DNA of 64,000 nt, from NCBI GenBank assembly GCA_033764135.1, contig JANRJE010000006.1, positions 54,675 through 118,674 of the forward strand. Reading direction: 5' to 3'. Position 1 is the first letter of the stretch; each line of letters opens with the position of its first letter. A program made the position numbers and the translations under genes. This stretch comes from Gemmatimonadales bacterium (GTDB lineage: Bacteria > Gemmatimonadota > Gemmatimonadetes > Gemmatimonadales > GWC2-71-9). This document shows, one piece after another, positions 1 through 8,925 of this stretch. Under the pieces are notes generated by a model that saw only the letters and a list, made by a program, of their open reading frames with translations, made no database searches and was not told where the DNA came from.

Positions 1-1
1 C

Positions 2-496
2 GAGGACCTCAACGACGTCTCGGGATCCATGATGTACATGAAGGGCGCCTGGACGCTCCACATGCTGCGCGAAATGCTGGGCCATGATGCCTTCGACCGC
101 GGCATCCGCTCATACTACGCCGAGCACATGAACCGCAACGCGCAGACGGCGGACCTCCGGCGTCATCTGGAAGCAGCCAGCGGTCGCGATCTCGACTGGT
201 ATTTCAATCAGTGGCACTTCCAGGGCGGCATTCCCGTGCTGGCAGGCGCCTGGAAACCGGTCGATGGCGGCATCGAGATCGCCATCAGGCAGGTGCAGGA
301 CAGCAGGTATCGGTTCCAACTCGCCATCGAGGCAGACCTCGTCCACTCCGACGGAACGACCCGGCGCGTCACACTCGACATGCCCGCATCCGGCACAGTG
401 AAGCAGGTCATTGCCGTGGATGCGTCGGTCACCAATGTCGTTCTGGACCCTGAGACCCGGTTGCTCGCCGACTGGAAGTTCGAGCGGCAGCTGTAG
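2..496 (+). CDS. M1-family aminopeptidase (aminopeptidase N-like), C-terminal part; 5' end lies outside the window
   Basis: The frame is open from nt 2 with no stop. 'KGAWTLHMLREMLG...DWYFNQW' resembles the region downstream of the catalytic domain of M1 peptidases. Confidence 0.7.
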   Translation, partial: EDLNDVSGSMMYMKGAWTLHMLREMLGHDAFDRGIRSYYAEHMNRNAQTADLRRHLEAASGRDLDWYFNQWHFQGGIPVLAGAWKPVDGGIEIAIRQVQDSRYRFQLAIEADLVHSDGTTRRVTLDMPASGTVKQVIAVDASVTNVVLDPETRLLADWKFERQL

Positions 497-504
497 GGAG
501 GTTG
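461..504. repeat. 44-bp direct repeat, copy 1 (last 9 codons, stop and GGGAGG of the M1 peptidase gene)
   Basis: ttgcTcgccgactggaagttcgagcggcagcTgtagggaggttg matches 3436-3479 with 2 mismatches. Confidence 0.9.
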
Positions 505-758
505 CGATGGGAGGTTGCTTGTGTCAGTTCAGCTCATGTCCAGATCAGCTGGCTTCCTTGTCGAGAACGCAGTTCGTAATCAGGATCTCCAGCACCGTTG
601 GTGCTTGGCCAGAAGGTGCAGGGCGGCACATCGCGAAGACGGTCAGGTGGTCGCAACGCGTGCCCCCATGAAAGCGGGCGCCCAGTAGCCGCGATGATCG
701 TCAGTCTGGATGAGGAGAATCACCTCCGCTTCCCATTCCCCATGGAGCGTGAATCCGG

Positions 759-2849
759 TCAGGGAGAGCGACGCTGAAACAGCGGCCAGGTGCGGTGCAG
801 CCCGACGCTCAGCGCCGAGCGATGATCAAGCAGACCGCGACCCACATCGATGCGCAGAACCCCCAGATCTCCATCGGCGATGCCGATACGGATCCCCCCC
901 CCACCATCCAGATATAGCCGGTCGTCCCGCAATCCATCCGCCGCCCTGCTCACCCGGGCAGCATCGAGGAAGAGGCCCACGGCCACCCGGAACGGTCCGA
1001 CGCGATGGACGGGGTGGTCGCCCGCGAGTCCCGCGTGGAGGATGGTCCGACCTGCCGTCCGACCCCTGAGTTCACCGTTGCCGATCCCCGGTTCCGCCCG
1101 CAGCGGAATGGCCCAGGCGATGTCGTTGCCGGTCACCGGCCAGATGCCGAGCGGCGTCCGCCCGCTCACCCAGTCGGCTCCGAGCCGGGTCGACCAGGTT
1201 GCCCGGCTCAAGCCGGGCGAAGAGGCCCACATCGCCAGAATGCGGCCTCGCGTGTACGAGGAGGGAGCGGAGAGCGGTGCCGCCTGCTCCGCCAAGGCCG
1301 TCATCATGAATCGCTCGCGCCAGCCGTGCAACTCGGCCCCCGTTGATACCACCAGGAAATCCCGATCGCCGGACCATCGTTCAACCCGGACTCCCAGCGA
1401 TGGCCGTACCGCGGGGCTGATCCACCCGCCGAATTCCACCGCGGCCACTCGCCGCGAGTCCACGACCACCCCGGTTGCCGTGTCGAGGGCAAAGCGAACC
1501 CGCTCCCAGGCGCTCTCCATCCCAATCACCCCCGGAACCAACAGTCCGATTGGCAGGTCGGCCCGGAGCGCGACTCGTGGTCGGGCAGTCTCCCAGCGAT
1601 AAAGCGCGCTCCAGAGCTCCCCATTGCCGGTGGGACTGGCCACCTTGAGGTCCACTCTGCTGCGGGCCAATGCTCCGATCAGGCTGGCACCGGCCAAACG
1701 CCACGCCGGAGCCAGCAGCGGGCGTTCCACCACGGCGGCCCGAAGTTCCACCAGACCGCCACCCACCGGCTGATAGTGCACCGACGACGACAGCAGCGCC
1801 GGGATCTCGGCGACCCGGCGGCGAGCCAACGCCAGGTCTGATGGAGTGAGGATTGAAGCGTGGGGCACCGCCACAGCATCGGCGATCTTGCGATGCCGGA
1901 TATCGCGGGTCCCGTCTATCCGGAGCAGATCGACGATCGGTCGCCCGACCTGGTTCCAGGCGGAGAGGGCGCCATCTTGATCGTTGGTGAGGTACCGGCT
2001 GGTGGCCAGGATCTGCCACGCCAGTTCATCGTCGGGAACGATCGCCAGGTACCGCATGATGAGCGGGATGGCATCGGCGTGGCGTCCCTCCGTGAATCGG
2101 AGAGCGGCCATCTCCCGGAGGATCACCGGTTCCGCTGGGCAGGCCAGTCGGGCCTGCGCAAACAGGCTGTCGGCGGCATCCGGTCGGCCGGCAGCCACGG
2201 CGTCGAGCGCCGCATCGATCCAGGGGGCGCATGGCATCGGCTGAGGGGGGGGCACTGAGTCAACTTGCCCGGCTGCTGCATCATGCGACGGAGTCGGCAG
2301 CGGCATCGGCCGTATTGCCATGGTCCACCGCCGGGTCACGTCCCATCGCTTCAGGAAGGTGGCCTCATCGATCGTCATGAAGGGCGCGATGGCGGGATCA
2401 TGAACCACCACGTTACCACCGCCCCAGGCAAGCACGACGACATAGTGGTACTCGTCGCGTCCGGATTCGATCAGCGCCACAACCGGAGTGCTGTCGCGCA
2501 AGGACTGCCGGATCAGGTCGGGGGTGCCCTGGAACACCTCGGTGGCCCAGCCTCTGGCCCGGGTGGCCGAGTCGAGTTCCGTGGTGAGAATGCCACCCCG
2601 GTCATGCCGCACCAGCGCAGTGAAGTCCTCGGCGTAAACGCCCCGGCGACCCCACCATCGCTCGATCATCGCGACCGCAGCCCCGCCACAGAGCAGCACG
2701 GACTGCGGCAGGTACGGAACATCCAGGACCACAGGCAGAGCGGTGGACAACGGCGGAGAGGGTGATTGAGCCACCCCCACGCCGTTGCCCACCGCGATCA
2801 TGACTCCAGTTGCCGCCGCCGTGACCAGGCGCGCCAGAGGCATCATCAC
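759..2849 (-). CDS. Secreted C39-like cysteine peptidase domain + TPR-like region + POTRA-like/Omp85 (bacterial surface antigen) beta-barrel fusion
   Basis: N-terminal signal-like segment. The C39 signature is 'PQSVLLCGGAAVAMIERWWG' (Gln/Cys) and 'HYVVVLAWGGGNVVVHDP' (His/Asp). The C-terminus 'LYLDGGGGIRIG...LRIDVGRGL...SVGL' is typical of the last strands of Omp85 barrels. Confidence 0.6.
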   Translation of the reverse strand: MMMPLARLVTAAATGVMIAVGNGVGVAQSPSPPLSTALPVVLDVPYLPQSVLLCGGAAVAMIERWWGRRGVYAEDFTALVRHDRGGILTTELDSATRARGWATEVFQGTPDLIRQSLRDSTPVVALIESGRDEYHYVVVLAWGGGNVVVHDPAIAPFMTIDEATFLKRWDVTRRWTMAIRPMPLPTPSHDAAAGQVDSVPPPQPMPCAPWIDAALDAVAAGRPDAADSLFAQARLACPAEPVILREMAALRFTEGRHADAIPLIMRYLAIVPDDELAWQILATSRYLTNDQDGALSAWNQVGRPIVDLLRIDGTRDIRHRKIADAVAVPHASILTPSDLALARRRVAEIPALLSSSVHYQPVGGGLVELRAAVVERPLLAPAWRLAGASLIGALARSRVDLKVASPTGNGELWSALYRWETARPRVALRADLPIGLLVPGVIGMESAWERVRFALDTATGVVVDSRRVAAVEFGGWISPAVRPSLGVRVERWSGDRDFLVVSTGAELHGWRERFMMTALAEQAAPLSAPSSYTRGRILAMWASSPGLSRATWSTRLGADWVSGRTPLGIWPVTGNDIAWAIPLRAEPGIGNGELRGRTAGRTILHAGLAGDHPVHRVGPFRVAVGLFLDAARVSRAADGLRDDRLYLDGGGGIRIGIADGDLGVLRIDVGRGLLDHRSALSVGLHRTWPLFQRRSP

Positions 2850-2867
2850 TGCGTCAGCGCAGCAGGC

Positions 2868-3245
2868 CTACACTGACAGCAGAATGATGATCAGCAGGCC
2901 GATGATGATGGCGGTGGTGCTGATCACCACCTTGTCGGAACCACCAGCCAGGATCTGGTCATCGACCCCGGCCTGCTGGGCCAAACGATCCAATGACGCT
3001 CCGTCCAGGGCCGCCACCCGCGCGGACAGATCGGCCGAGCTCACTCCCATCCGGCCGGCCAACTGCCGGGCATCGTCGCTGGAAAGAAGCGACCGGACGG
3101 CCTCGCGATGGGCAGCCGGACGGGCGGCAACAGCGGCATCCAGATCGGCACCACGAACGGCGCTGCGGCTCTGAGCCACCACGGGAGAGGCAACGCCGAG
3201 CATGGCGAGTGCGGTGAGCAGGGAGAGCGAGCGACATGTGAACAT
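2868..3245 (-). CDS. Small Ala-rich secreted protein with C-terminal hydrophobic anchor (hypothetical)
   Basis: Signal peptide 'MFTCRSLSLLTALAMLGVASPVVAQ'. The C-terminus is '...LAGGSDKVVISTTAIIIGLLIIILLSV'. It lies 18 nt upstream of the C39/Omp85 gene on the same strand. Confidence 0.5.
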   Translation of the reverse strand: MFTCRSLSLLTALAMLGVASPVVAQSRSAVRGADLDAAVAARPAAHREAVRSLLSSDDARQLAGRMGVSSADLSARVAALDGASLDRLAQQAGVDDQILAGGSDKVVISTTAIIIGLLIIILLSV

Positions 3246-3435
3246 ACTGACTCCTCAAGGAAATGGCGGGTTGATACCCACCCGGTATCGAACACTGAAC
3301 ACTACCAGAGTGGGCCGCACCCGCCAATCGCTCTTTGGGTCTGGTCAGGACTACCTCGAAGGGATGAGTCGATCACAGCGGAGCCGGTGTGGCTGTAGCA
3401 GCTCGGGATCCGGCAAGAGCAGCTAGGCTCCTGTC

Positions 3436-3479
3436 TTGCCCGCCGACTGGAAGTTCGAGCGGCAGCAGTAGGGAGGTTG
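3436..3479. repeat. 44-bp direct repeat, copy 2
   Basis: ttgcCcgccgactggaagttcgagcggcagcAgtagggaggttg. It is intergenic and the flanks are unrelated to those of copy 1. Confidence 0.9.
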
Positions 3480-3640
3480 TGCCGGGCGGCGCACAGCTTC
3501 ATCATCAACAACTCATTGGTGCGGGCGGCGGCACTGGAAGTTCTGTCGTGGTGCGGCCAGCCCCTCAGTTCAGAAGGCAGTGCTTCCGAGCAATCCGGTG
3601 ACAGCCGTGGCAGCCGGATACATCCATATTCTTTATCATG

Positions 3641-4516
3641 TCACGACCCGAACCGTTCCCCACCTTGTTCACCCGCCCCCGGCATCACCACCGCGGACGG
3701 AGTGAATCCGAACTGCTTCCGGAAGGCGGCGGTAAAGTGGCTGTGACTCGAGAAGCCGCACTCGTGCGCAAGTCGCGACACCTGTCCCGCCGCGCCTTCG
3801 AGTCTCTCGAGCGCCACCCGAAGGCGCAGGTCACGACGGTAGCCATGGATCGTCGTACCGGTCTCCTCGCGGAACAGCCGGCAGAGATGCCATGGCGACA
3901 CCTCAAGCTCGGCGGCCAGGGTCGAGAGGTCAGGCGACTCGAAGAGCCGCCGGGCAATTGCCGCACGTGCCTGCATTGCCAGATCACGTCGGGCCAACGC
4001 CCCCCGCCGCCCGACCGGATGTCCAGACGCTGGCCGCTCGGGGGTGCGGATCGCCGCGGCAACAACGGCGAGCGCGCGCTCCTCTATTTCAAGCGAATCT
4101 GCGCGGTATTGAACCAGACCGAAGACCTCGCGCTGTGCGGCATAGAGGCGTGGGGACACCGGCCGGAACTCGGCTTGAAACGGCCGATCCGGATCCTCCC
4201 TCATGGAACCGCCAACCTCCCGCGCCATCGCCATGGCTATGGCCGGACTGATGCCGAACCAGTCGCTACGGTCACCATCCTGACTCAAATGCGCCCGCTT
4301 GTATGGTTGACCTCGGTTGTAGATGGTGGCCACATGCGGATCGGCCACGAATGGTCGCGACCCTTCATGACAAATCCACACGCTGGTGCGGGGAAAGACC
4401 ACGAGGTGATTATCGGCTGGGCCGCTGTCAGCGAAGCGGTGATCATCACGGGAACACCGGAAGATGCCGACCTTCAACAACGGGGATGAAAAAATGACGC
4501 GATCAACAAATGACAC
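3641..4516 (-). CDS. AraC-family transcriptional regulator
   Basis: C-terminal double HTH: 'LAAELEVSPWHLCRLFREETGTTIHGYRRDLRLRVAL...LAHECGFSSHSHFTAAFRKQFGFTPS'. Confidence 0.85.
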   Translation of the reverse strand: MSFVDRVIFSSPLLKVGIFRCSRDDHRFADSGPADNHLVVFPRTSVWICHEGSRPFVADPHVATIYNRGQPYKRAHLSQDGDRSDWFGISPAIAMAMAREVGGSMREDPDRPFQAEFRPVSPRLYAAQREVFGLVQYRADSLEIEERALAVVAAAIRTPERPASGHPVGRRGALARRDLAMQARAAIARRLFESPDLSTLAAELEVSPWHLCRLFREETGTTIHGYRRDLRLRVALERLEGAAGQVSRLAHECGFSSHSHFTAAFRKQFGFTPSAVVMPGAGEQGGERFGS

Positions 4517-4595
4517 GGTGACGCCCCGGTGCGAGACATGCTGCGCTGGACTCCGTCCTCAACTACGATGGAGCCTACTGCACTATACCCGGGAG

Positions 4596-5516
4596 ATGAT
4601 CCGGAGGGAAAGCGGGTCGCTGAAGTTCAGCGCACTCGGTCTCGCCGCGCTGGCCATCATCGGCTGCGGCAATTCACCGACTCTGGCAACCTATGAGGGA
4701 GATGATCGGGTCGAGAGCTTCATGCAGGCGGATTTCACGCGCCTCTACCGGGTCCACGTCCCGACCCGGGCCGAAGCGGGGCCCGTGGCACCGCTGGTCC
4801 TGGCATTCCACGGCAGTGGCCAGACCGGCGAACAACTGCGGGCGCAGTCCGGACTCGACCAGGCCGCCGATGCCGCCGGATTCATCGTGGTATATCTCCA
4901 GGCCGCCATGGGCGGCTGGGATGTCTTCGGCAGCTTCCAGTTCCTCGGCCTCGACGAGGTCGCCTACGTGCGCGAGGTGATCAGGCGCGTGGATCAGGCG
5001 CACGTCATCGATCAGGGCAGGATCATCGCCGTGGGACTCTCCAACGGAGGGGTGCTGGCTCAGCAACTCGGCTGCACCATGACCGATCGACTCGCCGGTT
5101 TCGTGGCCGTGGCTGCATCGATGCCCCGGCTGCTGGCCGAGAATTGCCGACCCAGCCGCCCGATCAGCGCACACTACATCCTCGGCACAGCCGACCCATT
5201 TTTTCCAATCGCGGGCAACGGTGCCCTGCTCCCCGTCGACAGCGTGATGCAGTTCTGGAGGAGGTCAAACGGTTGCTCCAGACAACGATTCCGCTGGACG
5301 CTGCCTGATCTCGACGGCGACAGCACGACGGTGTACCGGATCTGGGGCCTCCCATGCAGCGATGGCACGCGCACTGAACTGGACAGCATCATCGGGGGCG
5401 GTCACGCCTGGCCCGGTGGTGTCGTCCCCGCACCGGCATCGTTCGGACCCACCAGCCGCGACATCTCGGTCAACGAGGAGATTGCCAACTTCCTTGAACG
5501 GATCCCGCGCCGGTAA
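4596..5516 (+). CDS. PHB-depolymerase-family esterase (LpqC-like alpha/beta hydrolase), lipoprotein-type signal
   Basis: ATG at 4596 is preceded by GGGAG. Signal 'LAALAIIGCG', 'LVLAFHGSGQTGEQ' and nucleophile elbow 'GLSNGG'. Confidence 0.7.
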   Translation: MIRRESGSLKFSALGLAALAIIGCGNSPTLATYEGDDRVESFMQADFTRLYRVHVPTRAEAGPVAPLVLAFHGSGQTGEQLRAQSGLDQAADAAGFIVVYLQAAMGGWDVFGSFQFLGLDEVAYVREVIRRVDQAHVIDQGRIIAVGLSNGGVLAQQLGCTMTDRLAGFVAVAASMPRLLAENCRPSRPISAHYILGTADPFFPIAGNGALLPVDSVMQFWRRSNGCSRQRFRWTLPDLDGDSTTVYRIWGLPCSDGTRTELDSIIGGGHAWPGGVVPAPASFGPTSRDISVNEEIANFLERIPRR

Positions 5517-6450
5517 ACGCCGTCGCCATCCCCTCGATCAGCAACTGCGCGGCCATGTGCTGCGTCAGCTCGGCGTGGTCGAGATAGGGATTGACCTCGA
5601 CGAGGTCGAGTCCGACCATCCTGCCCCGGGAGGCCAGCCCCTGCATGATGCGCTTGATGTGGGTATAGCTGAGTCCCTCCGCCTCCGGACTCTCCGTGCC
5701 CGGCGCAATGGAGGGATCCAGCGCGTCGATGTCGATGCTCACGTAGTAATTCCCGAGTTCCGCGGGAAGCCGGTCGAGGATCCCCTGATGACCCAGGTCG
5801 AACACCTCGTAGTTGCTGAAGACCAGGTTGCCGCGCTCCAGTGTCTCCCGAAGCTCCCGGTCGGTCGACTTCACGCCGCGCACGCCGATGGTGATGATCC
5901 GCTCGACGAACGGCAGTTCCTGCGCTCTCCGGAACGGGCTGTTGTTGGTGAGCTTGAGCCCGAGCACTTCGTCGCGGTAGTCAAGGTGCGCGTCGAAGAG
6001 CACGATGGTGAGCGGATTGAAGCGGTCGAACGCCCGGATTGACGGATAGGAAATCGAATGATCCCCACCGATTACCACCGGCAGCGCTCCCCTGTTCAGG
6101 ATCGCCCTCACGCTGCTCTCGATGGCCGCCACATTCCGCTCGACATCATAGAATATCACGTCGGCGTCACCACAGTCGGCGATCCGGACTCCCTCGAGCA
6201 GCCGTCGATCCTGGTTGATGTCGAAATACCCCCGGGCCCCGCCACGCCCGATGAAGCCGAACCGCGTCGAGGCATCGCGAATCGAGCGCGGTGCCTGCCG
6301 GCAGCCGGGGCGCATGCCGGCAGCAGAGTCGGTGGGAACACCAAGAATGCCGACATCGGCGTCGAGTGTGTCGAGATCCTCGACAAAGGGCGCCTTGGCA
6401 AAGGTGGCGATCCCGGTGTGGGGCATTGATGACTGTCGTTCGCTGCTCAT
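5470..6450 (-). CDS. Ureohydrolase (agmatinase/guanidinobutyrase/arginase family)
   Basis: Mn-binding motifs 'GGDHSISYP', 'DAHLD' and 'SIDIDALDP'. ATG at 6450 has an AGGAAG RBS. It lies downstream of the reductase gene. Confidence 0.8.
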   Translation of the reverse strand: MSSERQSSMPHTGIATFAKAPFVEDLDTLDADVGILGVPTDSAAGMRPGCRQAPRSIRDASTRFGFIGRGGARGYFDINQDRRLLEGVRIADCGDADVIFYDVERNVAAIESSVRAILNRGALPVVIGGDHSISYPSIRAFDRFNPLTIVLFDAHLDYRDEVLGLKLTNNSPFRRAQELPFVERIITIGVRGVKSTDRELRETLERGNLVFSNYEVFDLGHQGILDRLPAELGNYYVSIDIDALDPSIAPGTESPEAEGLSYTHIKRIMQGLASRGRMVGLDLVEVNPYLDHAELTQHMAAQLLIEGMATAFTGAGSVQGSWQSPR

Positions 6451-6460
6451 GGCGCTTCCT

Positions 6461-7444
6461 TCAGAGATCCAGGGTGAGGTGACCGGAACGGGCACGCGAT
6501 ACGCACGTGCAGAGGTAAGATGACCGCATTTCCTGCGACAGACAGACGTCGCGATGATCGGGCTCGCCGTCGATCAGACGCGTCATGCACGAGCCGCATT
6601 CACCGCGGCCGCACTCCGATGGCGCCCACACTCCGGCCTTGAGGAGCGCCTCGAGTATCGTTTCACCCGGAGCAACCCGGACGGTGATGCCTGTGAGTGC
6701 CAGGTGGACATCAATGGCGCGATCGTCCGGCAGCTGTTTCGCTCCGAAGCTCTCGAAGTGCAGTTGACCCCTCGGCCACCCGAATTCCCCGGAGAGCTCG
6801 AGCACGCTCCGTATCATCCCCCGCGGCCCGCAGACGTAGAGGTGTACTCCGGGTTTCGGGTTCGCGAGCAGCGAGCGCAGATCCAGCGTCTTATGACCGG
6901 CGACTCGACTGTAGTAGAGATGGCCCGCCCCGCCATCGAGGGACCCGATGGTTTCGCGGAAAGCCATCTCCATTGGCGTCCGGGCCGTGTAATGCACCTC
7001 GAAGCTCTGTCCCTGCCGTTCAAGTGTCCTGATCATGCTCAGGATAGGCGTGATGCCGATACCTCCGGCGAGCATGACGCTGTGCTCCGCCCCCGGCGCC
7101 ATGGCGAAGGCGTTTTCCGGTGGAACGGCGCGCAGGACCGTGCCCTGCCCCACCTGCTGGTGCAGGTAGCGTGATCCACCTCGACCATCCGCCTCCAGGA
7201 GGACGGCGATCCTGTAACGATGCCTGTCCACCGGGTCACCGATGAGTGAATACGGCCGGAGCGCTCGCTGACCGTCGGGCAGCTCGACCTCTACTTCAAG
7301 GTGAGCACCGGCCTCGTATGCCGGGAGCATGCCGCTGTCGGCGGGGCGAAACTCGAAGGATCGAATCGAGCCGGTCTCGTCGTGAATGTCGGTGACGCGG
7401 AGGGCCAGCGTGGCACCATCGGCCGATGCTTCATGACTGTTCAT
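6461..7444 (-). CDS. PDR/VanB-type oxidoreductase (flavin + NAD-binding + plant-type 2Fe-2S domains)
   Basis: 'RPYSL' flavin motif, 'GGIGITP' NAD motif and C-terminal 'CGRGECGSC...C' cluster. ATGA overlap with the upstream gene at 7441-7444. Confidence 0.8.
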   Translation of the reverse strand: MNSHEASADGATLALRVTDIHDETGSIRSFEFRPADSGMLPAYEAGAHLEVEVELPDGQRALRPYSLIGDPVDRHRYRIAVLLEADGRGGSRYLHQQVGQGTVLRAVPPENAFAMAPGAEHSVMLAGGIGITPILSMIRTLERQGQSFEVHYTARTPMEMAFRETIGSLDGGAGHLYYSRVAGHKTLDLRSLLANPKPGVHLYVCGPRGMIRSVLELSGEFGWPRGQLHFESFGAKQLPDDRAIDVHLALTGITVRVAPGETILEALLKAGVWAPSECGRGECGSCMTRLIDGEPDHRDVCLSQEMRSSYLCTCVSRARSGHLTLDL

Positions 7445-8361
7445 GGGTTGAATGGCGAGGCGTCCAGAAACTCCCACGCTGCCTCGATCGGCAACGGCAG
7501 CTCAAGCGTCTCGACAATGTTGAAGTCCCAAAAGCGCCTGGTCCCTCCGGTGACCTGATCGGGATCATCGAGATCCCAGCGCAACTCCACCTCTCCTGCG
7601 AGCTGCAGTGTCCGCTGTCCTGCAAAGTCCGGAATCAGTATCCCGCCGCTTGGATGCACGGCGAAATTGCCGAGCGTATTGAACATGCTGTTGCCGGCGT
7701 AGTCGGGAATCCTGATGGTCGTGGGACTGGTCACCTGCACAAATCCTGGTCGCCCGCCACGATGTGATGCATCCGCGCCGTGTTCCGGGTGCAGACTAGC
7801 CACGAACAGCGTGTCCGCCATTTCGATCATCATCTGTTGCTCGGGCGCAAGGGCCTTGCCATGAATCGGTTCAGCCAGCGGTTCGATTCGCGCCTTCGAC
7901 CGTTTGGTGAGGTGACGGCGCTGGATGTACTTCGGGCAATTGGGATACGCCCGTTCCACCGCCAGACTCAATGACTCGGCGCCGATCGACACTCTGCCGC
8001 TGATCCGCAACCGACGGCGGGTGGCGAGTTCGATCAGCAACAAACCGATCCGGTCGTCCGCGGCGATATTCTGCCAGAACGGATCGTCTTTGTGACGGGA
8101 TGCCTCAACCAGATCGATGTCGATCTGTTGCGTGGTCTTCGCTGCGATGAACCCGGGATCGCCGAAGCTCAACGAGGCCCACGGCCGCGAATCGCGGTCG
8201 ATGCTGGTCATCACCGCCATCTGCTGCTGGCCGATGAAACCAAGCGCCGGAACGGGAATGGCCGACCCGATCACCCGGCCGTTGATGTCCGCCCTGCCGC
8301 GTTCACCGGCTCGCTCCTGGACCAGCCGCTCTCCCTCATGATATGGACTCTCGATTCGCAT
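7441..8361 (-). CDS. Pyridoxamine 5'-phosphate oxidase-like FMN-binding split-barrel protein
   Basis: N-terminus 'SPYHEGERLVQERAGERG' is typical of the PNPOx-like family that pairs with PDR-type reductases. Translationally coupled to the next gene. Confidence 0.7.
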   Translation of the reverse strand: MRIESPYHEGERLVQERAGERGRADINGRVIGSAIPVPALGFIGQQQMAVMTSIDRDSRPWASLSFGDPGFIAAKTTQQIDIDLVEASRHKDDPFWQNIAADDRIGLLLIELATRRRLRISGRVSIGAESLSLAVERAYPNCPKYIQRRHLTKRSKARIEPLAEPIHGKALAPEQQMMIEMADTLFVASLHPEHGADASHRGGRPGFVQVTSPTTIRIPDYAGNSMFNTLGNFAVHPSGGILIPDFAGQRTLQLAGEVELRWDLDDPDQVTGGTRRFWDFNIVETLELPLPIEAAWEFLDASPFNP

Positions 8362-8463
8362 GGCTCCGTCCGTTGGGAATGGACCGGCAGCGGTGGATTG
8401 CTCACCAGGCTGCCGACCCTTCCCGTGGCGACCGGCCCCGGCACTCGTCGAGGCGCGGTCAGG

Positions 8464-8841
8464 TCAGAACGTCAGGATGGCATAACCCTGATCTACCAGA
8501 TTCCTGAGACTCGGCAACCCTGGTGTACCGGGAATCGGGTTGTCGGTGATCAAGTCGAAGCCGTTTTTCTCCGCCGCTTCGGTGGCACCAAACACCTCCG
8601 CGCAGCCACACGACACCCCTGCGACCTTGTCAGCGACGGCGTTGAAGAGGACGTGGCAGGGGTGCTCGGGACTCGTCAAGTACCCGGTCCAGCGAGTGCC
8701 GGCGCCCTGGAAGAGCACGGTCACTTCGTCGCCCCGCGCCTTGAAGTCGTAGGCCGCAGCGAGGCCGTTGAAGAGTCGACCGAGCGCCTCTTCAGTCTGT
8801 TGGGCCGGATCGGCCATGATGATGATTGCAGCTTTGTGCAT
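8464..8841 (-). CDS. DsrE/DsrF-like family protein
   Basis: 'MHKAAIIIMADP...VTVLFQGAGTRW' layout with conserved Cys ('GVSCGC'). About 125 aa, the size typical of DsrE-like proteins. Confidence 0.55.
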   Translation of the reverse strand: MHKAAIIIMADPAQQTEEALGRLFNGLAAAYDFKARGDEVTVLFQGAGTRWTGYLTSPEHPCHVLFNAVADKVAGVSCGCAEVFGATEAAEKNGFDLITDNPIPGTPGLPSLRNLVDQGYAILTF

Positions 8842-8875
8842 CCTGATCCTCGTTGGTTGATGAAACAATCGTTCG

Positions 8876-8895
8876 CTATACCGAACGTTCGGTAA
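8876..8895. promoter_or_regulatory. Palindromic operator (putative TetR site) upstream of the DsrE-like gene
   Basis: ctaTACCGAACGTTCGGTAa. The core at 8879-8894 is a perfect 16-bp palindrome. A near-identical copy is at 9528-9547. Confidence 0.6.
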
Positions 8896-8925
8896 CAGCC
8901 GCGCCCAAGAAAAAGTTCCCGGCGC

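Noticed and set aside
488-551. CAGCTG (PvuII-type) sites. I looked for avoidance. Sites are present, for example at 488-493 and 546-551. Copy 2 of the 44-bp repeat has lost the site.
   Set aside because: I cannot count all sites reliably by eye and there is no obvious depletion. This needs a computed observed/expected ratio. The repeat mismatch is most likely coincidental.
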